Assembly (NCBI RefSeq): GCF_039541875.1
Contig: NZ_BAABHB010000017.1
Span: 106,538-130,537 of the forward strand
DNA: 24,000 nt
Reading direction: 5' to 3'
Origin: Nibrella viscosa
GTDB lineage: Bacteria; Bacteroidota; Bacteroidia; Cytophagales; Spirosomataceae
The notes under the pieces were generated by a model. That model was not told the origin of the DNA, made no database searches, and saw only the letters and a list, made by a program, of their open reading frames with translations. Position numbers and translations under genes: made by a program. Positions 1-7,434 of the stretch are shown piece after piece; the first letter of the stretch is position 1, and every line of letters begins with the position of its first letter.

Positions 1-1
1 T

Positions 2-1696
2 GACAGTACACTTAAGGTTTGGGACGTGAAGACAGGAAAGGTTAAACGGCTGATCAACGGACAAACCAGCTATGTACAACTCATTCATTTAAGTCCAGAT
101 GGTCGACTTTTAGTTACCTTATCTGATAAGGAAATTAACTTAGTAGATATGAAAACAGGACAATTATTACGAAAGTGGTCAGCTCATAAGCAAATGATAT
201 ATGATGTTAATATTAGTCCTGATGGCAGGCACTTAATATCCGCTGGTGGTGATAGTACAATAAAAATCTGGGATATAACAATAGGAAAGTTACTGCACAC
301 CCTTACCGGTCATAATAAAAGTGTTTACAGGGTTTGTTTTAGTCCTGACGGTAAACAGATAGTATCTTTGGATGGAAACGATACGGTCAAGCTATGGGAT
401 GTGCAGACAGGTAAGTTATTGCATACAGCGACAACATCTGCACTTAAATTTCATTATACTGCAGAAGGTCAATGGTTAATAATATACGGTTTCAATAAGA
501 TTGAAATTCGTAATGCCAAGACGCTAGCCCTGGTTCAAACCTATGAAAATAACGGCTACTTCACGGATCTGAATTTTACACCGCCCATTACTCCTGATGG
601 GAAGTATGAAATTTATCCATATTACCTCTCTTTCTTTGTAAAAGAAGCTAAGCCTTCTTTACAAAATAAACTAATAAGCGCGGTCTCCCGACCAACGATC
701 ACCTGGGAGACACCCAATACTGAGCGAATTACCGTCAGCCAGAGTACTTTTACCGTAAAAGCCTGCGTACAGGGCACAGGCGTAAGTCAATACAACCTTG
801 TACATAATAGGCAATCACTCAGCAATCGTTCTATCAAGATTGCGTCCTGCCCTTTAGCCGTTGAGCAGACCGTAACCCTACAAGCGGGTTTGAACGAATT
901 CTATATAACAGCGACCAACGAAGGCGGTACCAGCACCTCGGAGCGTCGTTATATTACCTATCAGCCCGCTCAGTCTACAACGCCTTCTATGGCATCGGCA
1001 ACTACTACTCAGAAACGGCTGGCTCTGGTGATTGGCAACGCACGCTATACACATGCCGGTACGCTGGCCAACCCTGTCAACGACGCAGAAGCCATACGGC
1101 AGGTTCTAAAAGAAAGTGGCTTTGAGGTGCTATTCTATACCAACCTGGACAAAAAAGGCATGGTAGCCGCCATTCAGGAGTTTGGCCAGAAATTAAAAGA
1201 CTACAACGTGGGGTTGTGTTACTATGCCGGACATGGCACATTTCTCAATGGTACTAACTATTTCCTACCGGTAGATGCCAATCCAAGAAGTGCAGATGAG
1301 GTAGAGTTTGAAGGACTGCCCACAACGCGGCTTATCCGCAAGATGGAAGAAACCAACAGGCAGACCAACATTCTGCTGTTTGATGCTTGCCGCAACAACC
1401 CCTTTGAACGCAGTTGGGGCCGGACACTGGGCGAGACGGGCGGCTTCGCCTTACTACCGCCCCCGAAAGGAACGCTCATTGCCTATGCTGCATCCGAAGG
1501 CGAACAAGCCGCCGACGCGGGCCGTAACCAGACAAACAGCCCATTTGCAGCAGCCTTTGTGAAATACGTCCGACAGGGAGGATTGTCGCTGTCCCAGATA
1601 CTGCTGCGGGTGCGCCGGGAGGTGGAGGAAGTCACCAAGGAGCGCCAAACTACGCAGGAGGTCAATATGTTGAGAGATGATTTTTATTTTAAATAA
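2..1696 (+). CDS. WD40-repeat / conserved TYEN-TPDG module / Ig-like segment / caspase-like (peptidase C14) protein, 5'-truncated by the window edge
   Basis: The frame is open from nt 2 (DSTLKVWDVKTGK, WD40 consensus), so the ORF-track GTG at 26 is only the first in-window start. WD40 units carry SPDG...K(I/L)WD. The conserved module NAKTLALVQTYENNGYFTD..TPDGKYEIYPYY lies at nt ~500-650, followed by a ~90-aa two-Cys beta-sandwich-like segment. The C-terminal C14 domain reads LALVIGNARY..NPVNDA..YYAGHG..LLFDACRNNPF. Confidence 0.85.
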   Translation, partial: DSTLKVWDVKTGKVKRLINGQTSYVQLIHLSPDGRLLVTLSDKEINLVDMKTGQLLRKWSAHKQMIYDVNISPDGRHLISAGGDSTIKIWDITIGKLLHTLTGHNKSVYRVCFSPDGKQIVSLDGNDTVKLWDVQTGKLLHTATTSALKFHYTAEGQWLIIYGFNKIEIRNAKTLALVQTYENNGYFTDLNFTPPITPDGKYEIYPYYLSFFVKEAKPSLQNKLISAVSRPTITWETPNTERITVSQSTFTVKACVQGTGVSQYNLVHNRQSLSNRSIKIASCPLAVEQTVTLQAGLNEFYITATNEGGTSTSERRYITYQPAQSTTPSMASATTTQKRLALVIGNARYTHAGTLANPVNDAEAIRQVLKESGFEVLFYTNLDKKGMVAAIQEFGQKLKDYNVGLCYYAGHGTFLNGTNYFLPVDANPRSADEVEFEGLPTTRLIRKMEETNRQTNILLFDACRNNPFERSWGRTLGETGGFALLPPPKGTLIAYAASEGEQAADAGRNQTNSPFAAAFVKYVRQGGLSLSQILLRVRREVEEVTKERQTTQEVNMLRDDFYFK

Positions 1697-1726
1697 TAAT
1701 TTAATAATTGATTAACTATCCTGTTT

Positions 1727-4700
1727 ATGTATCCACTATTTACTAAATCTGCAGCACTAAATGGGTTTATTCTGATCTTTTTATGGTGCTCGATCCCAAT
1801 AGTTTGTGCTCAGCAAATAGACCTTTCTCAAACCCATATGGCGGGGCATTTGCAGGCTATCAATTCAGTAGCGTATAGCCCAGATGGCAGGTATCTGGCT
1901 TCAGGCAGTGATGATCAGACTATTAAGCTGTGGGATACTCAAACGAACCGACTTATACGCACACTGACAGGGCATTCTGATGCAATCAAGTCTGTTCGCT
2001 TTAGTCCAGACGGCAAAATACTTGCCTCCGGTAGCCTTGATAAATCGATTAAACTTTGGAATGCTATTACCGGGCAACTTTTACAGACACTCTCCGAAGA
2101 AGGGAGTATTTTTTCAATTGATTACAGTCCTAATGGGAGACAACTGGTTACAGGAACTCGAGAGGGTGCTGTGAAAATTTGGGACTTACAAACCGGGAAA
2201 GTACTGAAAACTTTAAAAGGACAAAGTGGTCATACTTCCGTTGTTAAGTCCGTAAATTTTAGCCCGGATGGTAGATTAATTGCAACAGCCAGCGCCGATA
2301 AAACCATCAAACTTTGGGACACACAAACAGGAGAGTTATTGAATACCTTAACTGAACATAAAGAAACAATAAATGAAGTTAGTTTTAGTCCAGATGGGAA
2401 ACAACTTATTTCAGGCAGCGATGATAAAACTATTAAATTATGGGATACTCGATCAGGTAAACTATTGCGTAGTGTAGGTGGAGGATATCATGATAATTAT
2501 GTATCATCGGTTAGTTTTAGCCCGGATGGTAAGCTGTTTTTGTCGGCAAGTTCATCGTTTGGCTCAGGTACTAAACTGATGTTGATGAATGCTCAATCTG
2601 GCGAGCTAGTCCGAAGTATTGCATTGAGTTTTGGTTCTGTCTATTCAGTCATCTTTAGTCCAGATGGCAAACAGTTTGTTTCGGCAGGTACAGATAGGAA
2701 CATTAAAATTTGGGATACTCAACAAGGTACCGTGGAGTTTACGCTCAATCATTCTAATTCTTTATTATCAGTTCGTTTTAGTCCCGATAGTAAGCAGTTT
2801 GTCTCCGCTGGGTATGATAAAACGATTAAAGTTTGGGATACAAATAACAAGAAGTCAATAGTTGAATTTAAACATAATGATGTAGTACGATCGGTTATGT
2901 TTAGTTCCGATGGCCTGAAATTATTATCTGCAAGTGATGATAAAAGCATAGTAATCTGGGATGTAAAAACCGGAAAAAAAGAAAATACGCTATTAGCACA
3001 CTCTGACATAGTATATTATGCTTGCTTTAGCCCTGATGACAAGTTGGTAGCGTCAGGGAGTGCTGATAAGACTGTAAAAATATGGAATGCCAAACGAGGC
3101 AAGCTACTGCAAACACTAAGCGGGCATGAGGGTGTAATATTTTCAACAAGTTTCAGTCCGGATGGACAACTATTAATTGCAGGCAGTTCAGACGAAACAA
3201 TTAAAGTTTGGAATGTTCAGAATGGCCAACTTTTGAGAACACTAACAGGACACAAGGGGTCTGTATCTTTTGTTGGTTTTAGTCCGGATGGTCAGCTTAT
3301 AGCATCGTCTGGCGTTGATAATACTATAAAACTTTGGGAAACGCAAACCGGACAGTTATTGCGCACGTTAACAGGCCATGTCAGTACGGTTTTTGAAACA
3401 AGCTTCAGCCCTGATGGAAATCAAATGGTTTCGGCAAGTAATGATAAAACAATTAAAATTTGGGACGTAAAAACGGGAACCTTATTACGAACCTTAACTG
3501 GCCATGAAGGTGGGGTATATACAGTCAGCTTTAGTCCTGATGGTAAGCAACTGGTCTCTGGAGGTTACGGGAGTGAGATTAAGATTTGGGATACCAGAGC
3601 CGGTGTACTACCAAATACCCTAATTGGGTTTTACGATGAGGTCAGCTCAGTTATTAACTCTGGCAGTGCATGGCTCTTTGCAGGAACTCTAGGTGGAACG
3701 GTGAGGTCGTGGAGTGCTTGGACAGCCGCATTATATTTCTCCTACGTTGAACACTCCAGAAAAGTTAATTCTGTAAGTGTAAGCCAAGATGGTAAGTTAC
3801 TTGCTTCTGGGAGTGCCGATAAAACTATTAAACTTTGGTATACGGCTACAAGCAAATTATTTGAGACTTTAAATGGACATCAAGAAGCAGTATTGTCTTG
3901 TGATTTTAGTCCAGACGGCAAACAGGTAGCCTCTGGGAGTGCCGACAAATCAATAAAGCTTTGGGACACCCAAACTGGCGTGTTGCTGCGCACGTTAACA
4001 GGACATGAAGGAAACGTTACTGCCGTGTGCTTCACTCCCGATGACAAACAACTACTATCGGCCAGTGATGATAAGACTATTAAGGTCTGGGATCTGCTGA
4101 CCGGAAAACTAGTTCAAACGGTTCAGAATGTACCCTTCTCTATAATCGGTTTTAAATTTTTGCCGAATAGCGAAAGAATATTCTCAATCACTACAGCCAA
4201 CACACTTGAAGTTCGTGATGCTAAAACCTTTGCTATTTTAAAAACTTATGAGAATTTAGGTTTTTATACCGATCCGGATTTTAAGGCTCCCCTTACTCCT
4301 GATGGGAAGTATGAAATTTATCCTTATTACCGCTCCTTTTTTGTCAGGGAAGCGAATCCGTCAGCACCTGTCACCCGCGTCAATCCCACGGTGGCCGCAC
4401 CCACTGTCAGTTGGGAATTGCCTGCTGCCGAGCGTCTGACTGTTAGCCTGAACAATTACACGGTCAAGGCGTGTGTGCAGGGAACCGACATCAGTCAGTA
4501 TCAGCTCTACTTGAACGGGGTACCCCTCAATGGGCGTACCATCAAAACAGTGGGTTGCTCCATGCCCATCGATCAGAGTATCACCCTGCAATCGGGCGAG
4601 AATGATTTATATATTGCGGGGACCTATGGAGGCAACTCGTTTACGTCAGAGCATCGCTACATTAACTACCAACCGCCTGGAGCAACGCCTGGAACCACAA

Positions 4701-5431
4701 CAGCCACTTCATCTACAGCTAATACGTCTCGAACTCAATCAAATTTAGATGAATTCAGCAATCGTCAGGCTCTCGTTATTGGCAACTCTACCTATCAGTA
4801 TGGTAACTCACTGGATAATCGGCCTATCAACGATGCCCGTGATGTAGCAGCCAGGCTGGAGAAGCTTGGGTTTCGGGTTACCACCATCACCGATGCTACC
4901 AAAACCCAAATTGAGCGGGCCATTGGTCAGTTTAGCCGGGTGGCTCAGAATGCCGATGTCACCTTGTTTTTCTACGCCGGTCACGGGTTGGAATCCGAAG
5001 GTGTCAACTACCTCATTCCCACCGATGCCCAGTTGGAAGAACCCGAAGAAGCCCGGCTCCAGACCATTCCGCTCGACCTGATATTGAGTGAGATGAAGCG
5101 CTACAAAACCAAAGTCAATCTGGTGTATCTGGATGCCTGTCGCAACAAACTCTTTCGCAGTTGGAATAGAGACGGCATCGGACGCGGCTTCAAAACCGTC
5201 GGTCAGTTGTCGCAGAGTACCAAGGTCTATTATGCCACCCAGCCCGGAGACGTAGCTCAGAACGGTACGGGTCGCAACGGGGTATTTACTACCTCGCTGC
5301 TGAAGTACCTGCAACGGGGTGTGGAGATCGAAGATCTTATGCGCGATGTTACCAAAGATGTGATTACCAATACGCGCAACAGTCAGCAACCCTGGTCGGC
5401 GGGCACCTTACTGACGCGTTTTACTTTTTAA
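1727..5431 (+). CDS. Signal peptide + ~18 WD40 repeats + conserved module + Ig-like segment + caspase-like (peptidase C14) domain protein
   Basis: 1234-aa ORF with a hydrophobic N-terminus (..SIPIVCA QQ). About 18 units match GH..SV.FSPDG..L.SGS.D.TIKLWD. The module LEVRDAKTFAILKTYENLGFYTD..TPDGKYEIYPYY lies at nt ~4204-4350. The C14 motifs are ALVIGNSTY..INDA..FFYAGHG..VYLDACRN. By eye, the C-terminal ~230 aa are roughly 75-80% identical to the C-terminus of 11446-13935. Confidence 0.9.
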   Translation: MYPLFTKSAALNGFILIFLWCSIPIVCAQQIDLSQTHMAGHLQAINSVAYSPDGRYLASGSDDQTIKLWDTQTNRLIRTLTGHSDAIKSVRFSPDGKILASGSLDKSIKLWNAITGQLLQTLSEEGSIFSIDYSPNGRQLVTGTREGAVKIWDLQTGKVLKTLKGQSGHTSVVKSVNFSPDGRLIATASADKTIKLWDTQTGELLNTLTEHKETINEVSFSPDGKQLISGSDDKTIKLWDTRSGKLLRSVGGGYHDNYVSSVSFSPDGKLFLSASSSFGSGTKLMLMNAQSGELVRSIALSFGSVYSVIFSPDGKQFVSAGTDRNIKIWDTQQGTVEFTLNHSNSLLSVRFSPDSKQFVSAGYDKTIKVWDTNNKKSIVEFKHNDVVRSVMFSSDGLKLLSASDDKSIVIWDVKTGKKENTLLAHSDIVYYACFSPDDKLVASGSADKTVKIWNAKRGKLLQTLSGHEGVIFSTSFSPDGQLLIAGSSDETIKVWNVQNGQLLRTLTGHKGSVSFVGFSPDGQLIASSGVDNTIKLWETQTGQLLRTLTGHVSTVFETSFSPDGNQMVSASNDKTIKIWDVKTGTLLRTLTGHEGGVYTVSFSPDGKQLVSGGYGSEIKIWDTRAGVLPNTLIGFYDEVSSVINSGSAWLFAGTLGGTVRSWSAWTAALYFSYVEHSRKVNSVSVSQDGKLLASGSADKTIKLWYTATSKLFETLNGHQEAVLSCDFSPDGKQVASGSADKSIKLWDTQTGVLLRTLTGHEGNVTAVCFTPDDKQLLSASDDKTIKVWDLLTGKLVQTVQNVPFSIIGFKFLPNSERIFSITTANTLEVRDAKTFAILKTYENLGFYTDPDFKAPLTPDGKYEIYPYYRSFFVREANPSAPVTRVNPTVAAPTVSWELPAAERLTVSLNNYTVKACVQGTDISQYQLYLNGVPLNGRTIKTVGCSMPIDQSITLQSGENDLYIAGTYGGNSFTSEHRYINYQPPGATPGTTTATSSTANTSRTQSNLDEFSNRQALVIGNSTYQYGNSLDNRPINDARDVAARLEKLGFRVTTITDATKTQIERAIGQFSRVAQNADVTLFFYAGHGLESEGVNYLIPTDAQLEEPEEARLQTIPLDLILSEMKRYKTKVNLVYLDACRNKLFRSWNRDGIGRGFKTVGQLSQSTKVYYATQPGDVAQNGTGRNGVFTTSLLKYLQRGVEIEDLMRDVTKDVITNTRNSQQPWSAGTLLTRFTF

Positions 5432-5446
5432 CAGCTCCAACAAACT

Positions 5447-7012
5447 ATGGCCCAGGCAACCCTAACACTAGTTCTCTTGCTGTGGACGACGATCAGCGCA
5501 CTGGCTCAGTCCAAAAGTATTAAGATTGTAGGCGGATCGGCCCCCCGCGGTACCGAACGGCGGCTGGCCCTGGTGGTGGGCAACAAAGACTACGCTAAAC
5601 CCGGTGCCGGTCTGAGAAACCCCGTCAACGATGCCACCGATATGGCACAGGCCCTGGAGGAGCTGGGCTTCACGGTGCTACGTCGGCAGAACCTCAATCG
5701 GAGCGGCCTGGAAGCCGCCATCGACGAGTTTACCGAGCAACTTACCCGCTACGAAGTGGGGCTGTTTTATTTCTCAGGCCATGGATTGGCCTTCTCCGGG
5801 GAGAACTACCTTGTGCCCACCGATGCCAGCTTGTCGTTTGAGACTCAGGCCCGCTCGCAATGTGTATCGCTCCGGCGGGTGCTGGATGGCATGGAGGGAG
5901 CCAATGCCAAAGTAAGTCTGGTGTTTTTAGACGCCTGCCGCAACAACCCTTTTCCTAAAAGCACCAAAGGGGGGGTAAGTCAGGGCTTGGTGATTCCAAA
6001 CAATCCACGGGGCAGCCTGGTGGCTTTTGCCACCCGCGACGGGCGCACCGCCGACGACAACCCAGGTGAGCGCAACGGCTTGTTCACGGGTGAGTTGCTC
6101 AAGCACCTGCGAACGCCAAACTTAGGGTTGCGGGCCATGCTAGACCGGACCATTGCGGGTGTAGAGAGCCGCAGCGGAGGTCATCAGATTCCGGGCCGCT
6201 ACGATGAGTTAAGGGGTGATTTTATGTTTGTACAGACAGCCGGCTGGCCCAAAGTAACGGAAGACAGACGGGACCCGGTAGCTGATAACATACTGCCTTC
6301 GGTTTATTCTCTCAAAACGTACATGCCAACTATCGGTAACCAGGGTAATTATGGTACCGCTGTTGCCTGGGCAGCTTGTTATGTACGAACCATTATGGAA
6401 GCCCGGCGGCAAGGATTAGCCGGGCAACAATCGGCCATTGACGCCCTGCGGTTTTCGCCTACTTATATCTTTGAACAAGTGAAACAAGTGGGCGATAAAG
6501 AATGTCAGCTTGGTAGTCTGATTGAACCCGCGTTACTGGTGATGCAGCGAAAAGGCGCGGTATTGCTGGCAAGCTTGCCTTACCCATCTTGCGGAGCGGA
6601 TATAGTGGCTTATCATGCCCAGGCTTCCCGGTATAAAATTGGTGGCTTTGAGGCACTTTCTCCGTCCAGTAATCAAACACGCCTTTCGGCCGACGGCCTG
6701 AAGCAAGCATTAGTGGTTTCTAAAAACGCGGTTGTAATCGGTTTTCAAATTCCACGATCATTTATGAGCGCTGGAGAATACTGGCAACCGGAGCCTACTG
6801 AATCGCCGAAGAGTTCGGTCGGCAGTTCAGCGTTAACCCTCATTGGTTACGATGATCAGAAAAACGGCGGCTCTTTCTTATTAGCTAATTCCTGGGGTAA
6901 AAATTGGGGCAAAGAGGGTTACATCTGGATTCGCTATGATGTGCTCACGCAGTACGCATCTTTAGCCTATCAGATCGGTGACCCGGTTACTCCCGTCAGC
7001 GAAAAAAAGTAA
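5447..7012 (+). CDS. Signal peptide + caspase-like (C14) domain + papain-like (C1) domain with substituted catalytic residues
   Basis: 521 aa. The N-terminus is ..ISALA QSKS, followed by the conserved SIKIVGG..ERRLALVVGNKDY. The C14 dyad motifs are FYFSGHG and VFLDACRNNPF. The C-terminal ~240 aa align by eye to family C1 (NQGxxGxxxAWA, LIGYDD, LLANSWGKNWGKEGYIWIRYD). That alignment places Ala at the nucleophile-Cys position (gct 6359-6361) and Ser at the His position (tca 6827-6829). Confidence 0.85.
   Translation: MAQATLTLVLLLWTTISALAQSKSIKIVGGSAPRGTERRLALVVGNKDYAKPGAGLRNPVNDATDMAQALEELGFTVLRRQNLNRSGLEAAIDEFTEQLTRYEVGLFYFSGHGLAFSGENYLVPTDASLSFETQARSQCVSLRRVLDGMEGANAKVSLVFLDACRNNPFPKSTKGGVSQGLVIPNNPRGSLVAFATRDGRTADDNPGERNGLFTGELLKHLRTPNLGLRAMLDRTIAGVESRSGGHQIPGRYDELRGDFMFVQTAGWPKVTEDRRDPVADNILPSVYSLKTYMPTIGNQGNYGTAVAWAACYVRTIMEARRQGLAGQQSAIDALRFSPTYIFEQVKQVGDKECQLGSLIEPALLVMQRKGAVLLASLPYPSCGADIVAYHAQASRYKIGGFEALSPSSNQTRLSADGLKQALVVSKNAVVIGFQIPRSFMSAGEYWQPEPTESPKSSVGSSALTLIGYDDQKNGGSFLLANSWGKNWGKEGYIWIRYDVLTQYASLAYQIGDPVTPVSEKK
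6169..6236 (+). repeat. 68-nt near-identical dispersed repeat (copy A) at the caspase-domain / C-terminal-domain junction
   Basis: ccgcagcggaggtcatcagattccgggccgctacgatgag(t/c)taaggggtgatttt(a/g)tgtttgt(a/g)caga has 65/68 nt identical to 17003-17070. Flanking sequence on both sides is unrelated at the DNA level. Confidence 0.85.
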
Positions 7013-7043
7013 TTTTTCATCGATAAACTTTATTCTCAAACTC

Positions 7044-7067
7044 CTATAAACCGGCAGAAATGAAACA
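7044..7067 (+). promoter_or_regulatory. Conserved 24-nt leader motif CTATAAACCGGCAGAA(A/C)TGAAACA ending 12 nt upstream of the small secreted protein start codon (copy 1)
   Basis: 23/24 nt are identical to 17799-17822, and both copies sit at the same distance from their ATG, while the flanking intergenic sequence is unrelated. GGCAGAAA (7053-7060) is complementary to TTTCTGCC (7090-7097) just inside the CDS, so a stem could enclose the start codon. Confidence 0.5.
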
Positions 7068-7078
7068 TAATCTGAATT

Positions 7079-7426
7079 ATGAAATCGTTTTTCTGCCTTT
7101 TTATTATTTTGCTGTTCGTAGCTACTCGTATATCAATACCTTCATCTTCCGGCGTAGGAAGCCAGGGTTATTACTATGCCATTGTGTATAAATCTAACCC
7201 GGCTCAGGCCCAGTTTGCTACTACGTTCCTTCCCACTTGCAATGAAGGAGTACTTTACCAGCGTATTGCCCTTTATGCTCGTAAAAACGGCTTCGTGGGT
7301 TACCGATTAGAAGGGCCGTTTACGCAGGATGAAGTAGAACAAGTGCGCCTGAATGCCAAACAGCAATGGCTCGCCAGGGGTTACGCTCTGACAGATGACC
7401 ATAATTTTATTGGAAATTGCTATTAA
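7079..7426 (+). CDS. Small secreted protein of unknown function (two conserved Cys), paralog of 17834-18184
   Basis: 115 aa with a hydrophobic N-terminus. The pattern shared with the paralog is GYYYAIV..(N)KPAQ.QF.T.F...C.E..LYQRIA.YA..NG...YRL.GPF.Q.EVE..R..AKQQW...GYA...D.N..G.CY-stop. I recognise no family. The stop at 7424-7426 is 8 nt before the Ro60 ATG. Confidence 0.7.
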   Translation: MKSFFCLFIILLFVATRISIPSSSGVGSQGYYYAIVYKSNPAQAQFATTFLPTCNEGVLYQRIALYARKNGFVGYRLEGPFTQDEVEQVRLNAKQQWLARGYALTDDHNFIGNCY

Positions 7427-7434
7427 ACCAAGCT

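Noticed and set aside
5510-5535. The IKIVGG / IKIAGG motif after the signal peptide resembles the IVGG neo-N-terminus of activated trypsin-family serine proteases.
   Set aside because: No serine-protease domain (His/Asp/Ser triad motifs) follows, and the motif leads directly into the caspase fold. The likeness is probably coincidental, though the motif itself is conserved in four paralogs.
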